A stretch of DNA of 52,455 nucleotides from Macrostomum lignano (taxonomy: Eukaryota), in contig NIVC01004265.1 of assembly GCA_002269645.1 (NCBI GenBank), positions 1 to 52,455 of the forward strand, given 5' to 3'. Position 1 is the stretch's first letter; each line of letters starts with the position of its first letter. Shown here piece after piece: positions 1-13,809 of this stretch. Position numbers and translations under genes: made by a program. The notes below the pieces were generated by a model. The model was given only the letters and a program-made list of their open reading frames with translations, did no database searches and had not been told where the DNA came from.

Positions 1-2293
<2,293 letters not shown>

Positions 2294-2359
2294 TGCGTTT
2301 GGTTGGGTGTCTGGGAGTTGCTGGGACGGCGGCCTGCGATTCTTCCCATCACCCGCTCG

Positions 2360-2367
2360 TATTTATA
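2360..2367 (-). promoter_or_regulatory. Candidate TATA box (TATAAATA) of the Not gene
   Basis: Consensus TATA about 70 bp upstream of the ATG at 2293 on the gene strand. Confidence 0.45.
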
Positions 2368-2640
2368 TGGAAACGGGAACAAAGTCGCGAGACCCGACAA
2401 CGCCTGGCCAATGGCTACCTGGGATACTGGGAGTAATTACCAAAGCGCACAGGAAAATTGTCCTCAGATCAAAGCCATGGAAACCCCCCCCAAATCCCCA
2501 TTAGCTATTTTATCCTCTCAGAATCTTATCGTAGGCTGTATTACATGTACGAGTATTAACAGAAGCCTACGCACATTGTAAGCTCTTACTGAGCACTCAG
2601 AAAATCTGGTTTAGCAGTTGGCTACTCATATTTGCCATAG

Positions 2641-3545
2641 ACTGCAGACAGATTACTGAGGCTCATGGCCCTCAACCCTAACCCTAGGGTAAGTGCAAAC
2701 CATGCATTTAGATTACAGATAATTGAGGCTCATGGTCCTCAACCCTAACCCTAGGGTAAGTGCAAACCATGCATTTAGATTACAGATAATTGAGGCTCAT
2801 GGCCCTCAACCTTAACCCTAGGGTCAGTGTGGACCATAGACTGCAGATAATTGAGGTCATAGGCCCTCAACCCTAACTCTAGGGTCAGTGTGGACCATAG
2901 ACTGCAGATAATTGAGGCTCATGGCCCTCAACCCTAACCCTAGGGTCAGTGTGGACCATAGACTGCAGATAATTGAGGCTCATGGCCCTCAACCCTAACT
3001 CTAGGGTCAGTGTGGACCATAGACTGCAGATAATTGAGGCTCATGGCCCTCAACCCTAACCCTAGGGTCAGTGTGGACCATAGACTGCAGATAATTGAGG
3101 CTCATGGCCCTCAACCCTAACCCTAGGGTAAGTGTGGACCATGCATGTAGATTACAGATAATTGAGGCTCATGGCCCTCAACCCTAACCCTAGGGTCAGT
3201 GTGGATCATAGACTGCAGATAATTGAGGCTCATGGCCCTCAACCCTAACTCTAGGGTCAGTGTGGACCATAGACTGCAGATAATTGAGGCTCATGGCCCT
3301 CAACCCTAACCCTAGGGTCAGTGTGGACCATAGACTGCAGATAATTGAGGCTCATGGCCCTCAACCCTAACCCTAGGGTAAGTGTGGACCATGCATGTAG
3401 ATTACAGATAATTGAGGCTCATGGCCCTCAACCCTAACCCTAGGGTCAGTGTGGACCATAGACTGCAGATAATTGAGGTTCATAGCCCTCAACCCTAACC
3501 TTAGGGTAAGTGCGGACCATGCATTTAGATGATTAGATAATTGAG
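2641..3545. repeat. ~61-bp minisatellite upstream of Not, containing AGATAATTG, a TTGAGG..CCTCAA inverted repeat and CCCTAACCCTAGGG
   Basis: About 14 visible units. Confidence 0.95.
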
Positions 3546-4125
3546 GCTGCGCTTTGGGGCCGTACGGTCAGCTCTCTTCGCGCTGACGTCATGCCTCACG
3601 ACATCGAACCGATTCGGAAACTGGAAAACTGAAAGCACTTCGTACAGCTAAAACCGGAGTTCCTTTGCTGGGAGGGTGGCAGGTGCGGCGGTAGCACAAA
3701 AGCGCCACTCTGCAACCCAGGGAGCAACTGGATTCGTGTTAATAGTCTTCCAATAATTTTCGATCAAAGGCTTGCCTTGCAGGTAATTTCACCTACTGTA
3801 AGGCGGCGGGAACTGGGCAGAGCGGTGCTCGACTGAGGCTTCGTCACTCAGGCAGGTCAGCACACAAGCCAATCTTTGTCTGAATGCTCAAAATCGCCTC
3901 AGTAAACCGGAATGACAAAAATGGACGGCTGGAAATCCAGAAGAGACCATCTGCTTATTTAGTTACGTAAATGCAGCAGTTCGAAGGGCGTGAGCATTCA
4001 CTGTTTTATTTCTAGTGCAGCAAAGACTTACATGTACTTACAAGCATGTGTCTTCCTAATGCGACTTGAGCCGTTTTTTCGGCTCTCCTGACCACCATAA
4101 CTCGCCTGAACATCGATCATTGACT

Positions 4126-6152
4126 CTTGCGGCGCCCTCTCCAAGACAACCCAAAATCGGCATCCCTGTCTCTTGGTGGGCGCCCTCTCTAAGACAACCC
4201 ACAATCGGCAGCCCTGTCTCTTGGTGGGCGCCCTCTCCAAGACAACCCACAATCGGCATCCCTGTCTCTTGGTGGCGCCCTCTCCAAGACAACCCACAAT
4301 CGGCATCCCTGTCTCTTGGTGGGCGCCCTCTCCAAGACAACCCACAATCGGCATCCCTGTCTCTTGGTGGGCGCCCTCTCTAAGACAACCCACAATCGGC
4401 AGCCCTGTCTCTTGGTGGGCGCCCTCTCCAAGACAACCCACAATCGGCATCCCTGTCTCTTGGTGGGCGCCCTCTCCAAGACAACCCACAATCGGCATCC
4501 CTGTCTCTTGGTGGCGCCCTCTCCAAGACAACCCACAATCGGCATCCCTGTCTCTTGGTGGGCGCCCTCTCTAAGACAACCCACAATCGGCAGCCCTGTC
4601 TCTTTGGTGGGCGCCCTCTCTAAGACAACCCACAATCGGCAGCCCTGTCTCTTGGTGGGCGCCCTCTCCAAGACAACCCACAATCGGCATCCCTGTCTCT
4701 TTGGTGGGCGCCCTCTCTAAGACAACCCACAATCGGCAGCCCTGTCTCTTGGTGGGCGCCCTCTCTAAGACAACCCACAATCGGCAGCCCTGTCTCTTGG
4801 TGGGCGCCCTCTCCAAGACAACCCACAATCGGCATCCCTGTCTCTTGGTGGGCGCCCTCTCTAAGACAATCCACAATCGGCAGCCCTGTCTCTTGGTGGG
4901 CGCCCTCTCTAAGACAACCCACAATCGGCAGCCCTACATGTATCTCTTGCTTGGCGCCCTCTCCGAGACAACCCACAGGCATCCCTGTCTCTTGGTGGGC
5001 GCCCTCTCCAAGACAACCCACAATCGGCATCCCTGTCTCTTGGTGGGCGCCCTCTCCAAGACAAACACAATCGGCATCCCTGTCTCTTGGTGGGCGCCCT
5101 CTCCAAGACAACACACAATCGGCATCCCTGTCTCTTGGTGGGCGCCCTCTCCAAGACAACCCACAATCGGCATCCCTGTCTCTTGGTGGGCGCCCTCTCC
5201 AAGACAACCCACAATCGGCATCCCTGTCTCTTGGTGGGCGCCCTCTCTAAGACAACCCACAATCGGCAGCCCTACATGTATCTCTTGCTTGGCGCCCTCT
5301 CCGAGACAACCCACAATCGGCATCCCTGTCTCTTGGTGGGCGCCCTCTCCAAGACAACCCACAATCGGCATCCCTGTCTCTTGGTGGGCGCCCTCTTCAA
5401 GACAACACACAATCGGCATCCCTGTCTCTTGGTGGGCGCCCTCTCCAAGACAACACACAATCGGCATCCCTGTCTCTTTGGTGGGCGCCCTCTCCAAGAC
5501 AACACACAATCGGCATCCCTGTCTCTTGGTTGGCGCCCTCTCCGAGACAACCCACAATCGGCATCCCTGTCTCTTGGTTGGCGCCCTCTCCGAGACAACC
5601 CACAATCGGCATCCCTGTCTCTTGGTGGGCGCCATCTGCAAGACAACCCACAATCGGCATCCCTGTCTCTTGGTGGGGCTCTCTTCAAGACAACCCACAA
5701 TCGGCATCCCTGTCTCTTGGTGGGCGCCATCTGCAAGACAACCCACAATCGGCATCCCTGTCTCTTGGTGGGCGCCCTCTCCGAGACAACACAAAATCGG
5801 CATCCCTGTCTCTTGGTGGGCGCCCTCTCCAAGACAACCCACAATCGGCATCCCTGTCTCTTGGTTGGCGCCCTCTCCAAGACAACCCACAATCGGCATC
5901 CCTGTCTCTTGGTGGGCGCCTCTCCAAGACAACACAAAATCGGCATCCCTGTCTCTTGGTGGGCGCCATCTGCAAGACAACCCACAATCGACATCCCTGT
6001 CTCTTGGTGGGCGCCATCTGCAAGACAACCCACAATCGGCATCCCTGTCTCTTGGTGGGCGCCCTCTCTAAGACAACCCACAATCGGCATCCCTGTCTCT
6101 TGGTGGGCGCCCTCTCCAAGACAATCCACAATCGGCATCCCTGTCTCTTGGT
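4126..6152. repeat. 48-bp GC-rich minisatellite (GGTGGGCGCCCTCTCCAAGACAACCCACAATCGGCATCCCTGTCTCTT)n
   Basis: Tandem array; explains all 16-aa-periodic ORFs here. Confidence 0.97.
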
Positions 6153-6754
6153 GGAGGGTCACAGATTTTTTACTATAATATTGAGTTCCATGAATCTCTG
6201 CTGAAAAAAATTGGGACATTGTTTCTCTATGGTTTGTGCATCATTATATTGATGACGGTATTGCTTGTACAGTCACGCCCATAGACATTTGTGCTACAGT
6301 ATCGCTGCACTCCCAGCCGTGCTTTTAGTTCCGCATTTATTTATAGAACCAAACAACTTGGAGAGGTAGACCATTGAAGTAGGGTAATAGAAAACTTTAT
6401 TAAAAAGTTAAACATACGGGCATGCCCACTGCGCTACTGTCACAAGTAGCAACATTTGCTTGTGCTTCGTAAAAAATTAGTTCAAAAAATAAAGAACAGC
6501 TTAGATCAAAGCATACGCTTTAGATTCCGCGTCCAAGTGCTTAAAAGCTAATTTGGGAACTTCACACGTCGATGAAAAGTCGAATAACACGAAACCGTAA
6601 AAATTAAGAGACTGCATGTTTCCGCATCACTTATTTTACTGAGGTAACTTAAAGTCAAAACCTTTTCATGTTGCGATAGAAAATTGTAACAACGACTGAT
6701 GCAAATTGCAAAACTGTCTGATCATACAGGTAATTTTAAAATTGGAGTCGCCAT

Positions 6755-7270
6755 CATGAGTCACTGGTACAATTTGAGTCATGACCTGATCATGAGTCAC
6801 TGAAACAATTTGAGTCAAGACCTGATCATGAGTCACTGATACAATTTGAGTCATGACCTGATCATGAGTCACTGATACAATTTGAGTCATGACCTGATCA
6901 TGAGTCACTGAAACAATTTGAGTCAAGACCTGATCATGAGTCACTGATACAATTTGAGTCATGACCTGATCATGAGTCACTGGTACAATTTGAGTCAAGA
7001 CCTGATCATGAGTCACTGATACAATTTGAGTCATGACCTGATCATGAGTCACTGGTACAATTTGAGTCATGATCTGATCATGAGTCACTGAAACAATTTG
7101 AGTCAAGACCTGATCATGAGTCACTGATACAATTTGAGTCATGACCTGATCATGAGTCACTGGTACAATTTGAGTCATGATCTGATCATGAGTCACTGAA
7201 ACAATTTGAGTCAAGACCTGATCATGAGTCACTGAACAATTTGAGTCATGATCTGATCATGAGTCACTGC
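6755..7270. repeat. 36-bp minisatellite with two TGAGTCA heptamers per unit
   Basis: Unit TGATCATGAGTCACTGATACAATTTGAGTCATGACC. Confidence 0.95.
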
Positions 7271-8282
7271 AAGAATCAAAGATACGACCCGCAGCCTACA
7301 TGACTCACAATGGATTAATACCAACCTAAAACATTGGTGGGTGCAGTTTGTGAGGCAAGTACCAGCAAAAGTTAATCCTCAACGGAGGGCTGCACAAGAA
7401 AGCAATTATTGGCGTTACCGGGCACGCTGGCAGCTGTCACAGGAGGTAGAGCAGTACAAATAGACTAACTGAGCGCAATCGAAAGCCGAGTTCGGGTTAC
7501 GCCAGACGGACTAACAGATACAAAACGTAGTAAAAACGTATGAAAATACAGAAATGAAAGCGGACAAAAACTTTGCATGGCATTAAAATTGATCGGTTCA
7601 TAGCGGATTCAGTTTTGCACTCAGCTTTCACATGTGGCGCCCACACACAGGAATTGCACCAAATGCACCCGCGCATAGCGAAGTTCGTTCAACAAGCACG
7701 TATTTTATATCCTCTGGCTTATAAGGCTGACCTGTATGGGAGCTTCCTGGGGAGAAGAACGATTCTATTTTTAGAATATTTCACAAGGTAAGCAAATCCC
7801 CAAGAATAATCCGAGGGAGAAACAAAGAGGAAAACAAATTTGAAGAAGTTTAGAATATGTCAAACAAGAAGGAGACCGACTTAAAGTCGAATAAGTGAGG
7901 ACAGAGATTGCAGTTATGGCCATGGACGTCTATGGTAAAAACCCATTCAGCGCTACACTGTGCGTTCTCTAAAGAGCAAATAAAACGAAAGAGACAAATA
8001 TGCGTTCCCTACAGGCCGCCAGATGATTTCTTAGAAAATCGCTGTCATCTAAATTATGGAGACTTTAGCTTACAAATCAAAGCAGATTTCAAACCCTTAA
8101 TCTATTTAATTTGATATTTTCTAGTGGGTTTTCTTATGGTTTCTCCAAGAATAACTCTCTTCTAAATATGGTCTATGCCTGAACCCTATTTGATGCAATG
8201 TAACCAAAGTGGGTTTTTAAATTAATTTCCAAAAATTTAAACAAATAAAATTGCAATAGAAAACAAGGAAAGTCGGCAAATC

Positions 8283-9230
8283 TCAGGAAAGACAGCCGGT
8301 TTCGAATGCTGAGGCTGCGGCGGCGTCTCCAGCGGCGGCAACGGTGGCGGCGGCGGTGGCGCAGGCGGCCTCGAGGCGCCAGTCGTGCTCGCTGAGCAGC
8401 TCCCGGCAGGCGTCCCGGTCGGCCAGGCCTAGCCGGAACAGCTGCTCGACCTTCAGGTAGCGGATGGCCGCCTCCGAGTCCCAGCGGTGCAGGCTGAGCG
8501 CCGCGTGGCTCTCCTCCTCCGTGACGCCGAACACCTGCTCGGTGACGCTGCGGACCAAGTCCATGGGGGTCCGGCCGGGGCCGTAGGTCCTTTGCTCCGG
8601 CTTCAGCGGCGGCGTGGATTCCGCCCCGTCCACGGTGGACTCCGCCGGCGACGAGACCGACGGGAATAGCAGCAGCTGGCGTCGGCGCTTCGACCGGGGC
8701 GGTAGCACCCAGAAGAGGTCCTCGGAGATCTGGCGGCCGCCGCGCAGGATCGGGTGGATGCGCGGCCGACTGAGGGACGCGGCCTCTGCTGCGGATATTG
8801 GTGCTGACGTAGCTGGACTCATTGCTGCTGCTCTTCGCATTATCGGCGGCGGCGGCAGCGGCGGCGGAGATGGCGCCACCGGCGAGGTTGTCGGCGAAGA
8901 GGCTGCCGAGCGCAGCAGCGGCGAGTCGAACTCGGCTAGCGGGGCGCCAAACGCGGCCAAGGACGTGCCGAGGCTGGACAGGGAGGAGCCGAGGGAGAGG
9001 CGGCTGCTGCCGGCGCTGCGGGGCGACGCCGGCAATGACAGACAACGTGCACCTCCATCGCTGCCACCGCCGCCGCCGCCGCTAGCGTCGCTGCTGCCTC
9101 TGACTAGTAGACAAGGAGTAGGTGAAGACGGCAAGGCAGCAGACGTCCCCGGACAGCGGCCGGCTGCTGTGCCAGATGATGCGGCTGCTTCAGCATCCGG
9201 GCTGGTCGGCTGTGAATCCCGATTGCCCAT
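8283..9230 (-). CDS. TNK2: ACK1/TNK2-like C-terminal region (Pro/Ser-rich, Mig6-homology segment, C-terminal UBA); no kinase domain found
   Basis: The 315-aa ORF ends ...VTEQVFGVTEEESHAALSLHRWDSEAAIRYLKVEQLFRLGLADRDACRELLSEHDWRLEAA, recognisable as the ACK-family C-terminus. RIHPILRGGRQISEDLFWVLP resembles the ACK1/Mig6 segment [20 protein letters not shown]. The true 5' structure is uncertain (acceptors at 9249 and 9296). Confidence 0.8.
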   Translation of the reverse strand: MGNRDSQPTSPDAEAAASSGTAAGRCPGTSAALPSSPTPCLLVRGSSDASGGGGGGSDGGARCLSLPASPRSAGSSRLSLGSSLSSLGTSLAAFGAPLAEFDSPLLRSAASSPTTSPVAPSPPPLPPPPIMRRAAAMSPATSAPISAAEAASLSRPRIHPILRGGRQISEDLFWVLPPRSKRRRQLLLFPSVSSPAESTVDGAESTPPLKPEQRTYGPGRTPMDLVRSVTEQVFGVTEEESHAALSLHRWDSEAAIRYLKVEQLFRLGLADRDACRELLSEHDWRLEAACATAAATVAAAGDAAAASAFETGCLS

Positions 9231-9359
9231 GCCGCTGCCCGGCTGCCGCCTGAGGGAAGATGAGATACGGCACGATCAGTTCCGGGTTCAGGTATCCTAG
9301 AAGTTTGTCGCGTGTACTTGACTATCCCCGCCTCTGCTTATCATTTTTGTTAGATTTTG

Positions 9360-9607
9360 TTAGAAATGTTTGAGTCAGAGGTCCTTGAGTCGGAGCTGTT
9401 TGAGTCAGAGTTCCTTGAGTCAGAACTGCTTGAGTCGGAACTGCTGGAGTTGGAACTGCTTGAGTCGGAAATGTTTAAGTCAGAGTTCCTTGAGTCGGAG
9501 CTGTTTGAGTCAGAGTTCCTTGAGTCGGAGTTCCTTGAGTCGGAACTGTTTGAGTCGGAACTGATTGAGTCGGAACTGTTAGAGTCTGAAGTTTTTGAGT
9601 CGGAACT
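9360..9607. repeat. 15-bp minisatellite (GAGTCGGAACTGTTT)n
   Basis: Directly visible. Confidence 0.93.
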
Positions 9608-11179
9608 GTGTGCTTGCGGCCTTCAAACCAATTAGGACTAACACAGAATTTTATCGCACTCTGGTAATTCTTTAATTCACCATAAATATTGAGTGTGTCA
9701 ACTACACGTCAATGCTATTTAATTCTTAATTACAGTATTGAGAAGTTACTCACCTAACGCAGCAGTTATCTCCTGCGATAGGATCTTAATCGCTCTATAA
9801 CCTTTGTCAAAACAAATTTATTATCCCCATTTTGATGGGAATAAATCGCGAAGGCCGGCACATTTCAGAATGAAACGATCTAGGCTGTTTCAGGGAGAAT
9901 CCAAAATTTTAGTAGTAGTGGACTAGCACGCACGCCCCCCTTCGTCTGCCCTGTCTCCGTTTGACTTTGCTCCTTAGTCTGTCACGTTCTCCCTCTCTTT
10001 AAAATTAGGTGAATGCGACACAGAGGGGAGGGGCGGAGGGGGAGAGGGCGATCTGGACGGAAATCAGTTTAGACTGGATGAACTTTCCCGATGGTCACTC
10101 CCCCCTCAGTGTCTCTCAGCCAATGGCGGCCCCGGAGGGGTCCGTATGCTGTACAGTCCTTTTCTCTGAATGGGCAAAAGCTGTTCAGGCCGAGACAGTA
10201 GACGTTCGCGTGTTTTTTTGTTGAAAAAAATGCTTCTTAGATGTACACACACCCACGCCTCTCTCTCTCTCCGCCTCTGTCCCTCTCTCTAGCCTTTTTG
10301 CTACCTATTTTGCTCCGCCGTTTGGCTTGCCGCCATGTGACTCTACTCTCTGACTCGGCAGCAATGGGGTGGCAAACACACTATTAGCTATGTTTTGGAG
10401 TTTTTCTCTTGTCATAAATGGCCGTGCGAGAGAAGTGCGAAACAGTAAAACAAAACTGTCAACAACGAAAAGGTGAATGTTTTCACACACACACACACAC
10501 GCATGGGACAGATTTTGTTGATAAAACAGAGAAAAACAAGCTTTGTTTATCGCAAAAGCCCACTTTGACACTGATATTTATTGTAACTATAACTAAATGT
10601 ATATTGCTTACATAAGGAAGTGTACGGAAATTGCTAATCTGCATAATAATAAATGCTTTTTGTGGAAATAAAATAAGTACAATACCATATATAGAAGTCT
10701 ACAGACTAGATCCGGAGCCCATATGGTCCTAACAAAAACTTTGTGAGTGAGTACATTAACATATAATATTCAACTAAATCAGCTGTAAATAGCGGTGACT
10801 CACACAGAAATTTAGAGTCTATATGCTATAAGAACTAAGGCTTAGTCTAAAACCCTTTTTCCCTAACCGTACATCACAGAAACAGCAAGGGTCGGTTGCT
10901 GTCCCGCCTACGCACCCACGGGATGGACAGAAGGCGGCGGCCTAACAAGCAGTCTGTCCCCCATCTCGTCTCTGTAGCCTTGTCTGTCTTAGGCATGAAT
11001 CAACAATGCTAATGCTTTATCCGTGCTGTACGCCAGGTTTTGCGTGGGAAGTTTAGCATGGAAAGAAGAATTGAGGGATATCAAGTGAAGGGAGATGCGT
11101 CATAATGAGTATAGGATTGGTGATTCAGAGCTTTATAAATACCTGATAGTTGATTAGTTTTTATCTGCAAAATGAGATT

Positions 11180-12020
11180 TCCATTGTGTCTCTAGAGCGT
11201 CCGATGTGTCTCTAGGGCGCTGAAATGGGTCTCTAGGGCGTCCAATGTGTCTTTAATGCGTCTCTAGGGCGCCGATATGTCTTGGGCGCCGATATATGTC
11301 TCTAGGGCGTCGATATCGAAATGTGTATCTAGGGCGTCCAATATGTCTCTAATGTGTTTCTAGGCCGCCGATATGTGCCTCTAGGACGTCAAATATATCC
11401 CTAGGGCGCCGATATGTGTCTCTAGGGCGTCAAATATATCTCTGGGGCCCCAATATGTCTCTAAGGCGCCGATATGTGTCTTTTGTACGCCCAACTGTAG
11501 CTGGTCCCGTGTCCACTCTGTGGCTGGCGCCCCTCTGTTGCTGACACCCAACTGTTGTAATGTGTTTCTAGGGCATCCAATTGTGTCTCTAGGTCGTCAA
11601 ATATATATCTGGGGTGACAATATGAATCTACGGCGCCGAAATGTGTCTCTTGTACGTCCAATGTGTCTCTAGGGCGCCCAATGTGTCTCTAGGGCATCCA
11701 ATGTGTCTCTAAGGCGCCGAAATGTGTCTCTAGGGCGCCGATATATGTCTAGGGCGTCCAATGTATCTCTAGGGAGCCCAATGTGTCTCTAGAGCGCCGA
11801 TATGTAACTCTAGGGCGTTGATATGTACCTCTAGGGCGTCTAGTATGTCTCTTTGGCACCCAATGTGTCTCTATGGCGCATAATGTGTCTCTAGGGCGCA
11901 GATATGTGTCTCTAGGACGTCGAAATGTGTCTCTAGGGCGTCCAACGTATCTCTTGGGCGCCCAATGTGTCTCTAGGGCGCCGATATGTGTCTCTAGGGC
12001 GCCTAAATGTGTCTACAGGG
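11180..12020. repeat. Degenerate ~21-22-bp minisatellite (ATGTGTCTCTAGGGCGCCCA-like)
   Basis: Directly visible; interrupted by a short unique stretch near 11490-11560. Confidence 0.9.
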
Positions 12021-12589
12021 CACTTAATGTAATGACTAATGCGTCTCCATAGCGCTACACCCCAAAACGCCAATCTGCTCTTTAGTCGTTGTGCTAAGCT
12101 CATCAATCTCACCCTCTGCACAGCTATTTATAAATCCCATGTCACCTTGGAACTCAGCCAGAAATATTAGTCCCTCATTTTGATCCCAACTGGCGCAAAG
12201 TTTCCATCATTTTTGCATGCACAGATGCAGGAAACAGTGAATGAATGCTTGGCATGGCACCCCAAGCTCTCCCAAGCCCAGTTGGCGACCGGTTCATGCC
12301 CAATCCTGCATTCCTTTTGGCAAGCCTTCCCCTTACCCTCCCACTTAGTGGCCTCCAATGTACTTTAAACTGACACTGAAATGGTAGAGCGTAATCAGCC
12401 CCAGTCATCGGGGTTTATCCAGTTGTCTGAGTCACGTGGCTTCATTCAGCCATGATTAATAGATTTTCTGCTAAGCCATCGAAAACAGGAAAACAGACAA
12501 ATATGGCATTTGAATAACTGGGCTCTGAGTATAAATATTTGATTTATTGTCATTTATGTTTAGGGCAAAACAGTCCACGAATTTATAGC

Positions 12590-13030
12590 CTTCGGATCCC
12601 CAGATCTCAGATCCCCAGACCCATTAAGCCAGTCATGACCTTCCCAGATCCCCAGATCAAGCCAGTCATGACCTTCCCAGATCCCCAGATCAAGCCAGTC
12701 ATGACCTTCCCAGATCAGATCCCCAGATCAAGCCAGTCATGACCTTCCCAGATCCCCAGATCAAGCCAGTCATGACCTTCCCAGATCACCAGACTAAGTC
12801 AGTCATGACCTTCCCAGATCCCCAGATTAAGCCATTCATGACCTTCTCAGATCACCAGACTAAGCCAGTCATGACCTTCCCAGATCCCCAGATTAAGCCA
12901 GTCATGACCTTCCTAGATCACCAGACTAAGCCAGTCATGACCTTCCCAGATCCCCAGATTAAGCCAGTCATGACCTTCCCAGATCACCAGACTAAGCCAG
13001 TCATGACCTTCCCAGATCACCAATAAAAGA
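12590..13030. repeat. 33-bp minisatellite (CCCAGATCCCCAGATCAAGCCAGTCATGACCTT)n
   Basis: Directly visible. Confidence 0.94.
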
Positions 13031-13809
13031 TCACCAATAAAGGATCTTGCAATAAAAGCACATGTCATTTGTCAAAATGATAAAAAGTAAAGATTAATTA
13101 AAATTGATTATCAATTTAAAGTATATATATATATATTTAAATAATTTGCAGTCTCATCAGGAACTAATTACATATATTATATAATATATATATGTATATT
13201 AGTTAAAAAAGCAGCATTAGACTCCTTTGAAATAAAAAATATTTAAGCTTCAAAATATCAAGTGAGTGAGTAACAACACAGTAATTGTATTGCTTTTTAG
13301 TTTGATTGTGTGAACTACTATGAGTAGTGGCAGTGTCTTGAGTTTTACACGACAGTTTTACAGCAGACGAACAATAACAAAAAATATCTTTTAAGAGTCG
13401 TGGATTGCAAAAAACCTTTCAAATTCGATTCACAAAAAGGATTTAAAATTGTAGTCAAAGATATTTATAAATAATTAACATTTAAAATAATTAGTAATAA
13501 TAACCGAGACTGGCATTAGCTCGGGAAGAGTATATATAGTCACACACACTACTACGTCGTCAATAGGAAATAACAGTTGTGCACTTGTGCATTATTAAAA
13601 AGATAGATAGTAAGACACGACAGCCAAAACTAAATAAAAATGAGATATGTTAGCTTGATTTGATAAAACAGAACAGTTTGTTTAAACAAATAATAAGTAA
13701 TCGGCAGGAGCAGCTATGCTTTAGTTATTTAGCATAAACACCTCGTCACCTAAGTAGTCAGTCTTGCATGGCGCTACTAATTCCGAACACGACGCCGGCA
13801 AAGGCGCAA

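Noticed and set aside
2660-3510. Interstitial telomere or chromosome-fusion scar (CCCTAACCCT)
   Set aside because: Only about two telomeric units per 61-bp monomer and no true (TTAGGG)n tract.
4028-6219. Many long ORFs (up to 456 aa)
   Set aside because: Translations of the 48-bp minisatellite, open in several frames on both strands.
8614-9300. 228-aa plus-strand ORF (also plus-strand ORFs at 30248-30934 and 40829-41302)
   Set aside because: Antisense shadows of GC-rich exons with no recognisable protein features.
11461-12408. Short ORFs as missing ACK kinase exons
   Set aside because: No kinase, SAM, SH3 or CRIB motifs in any frame.
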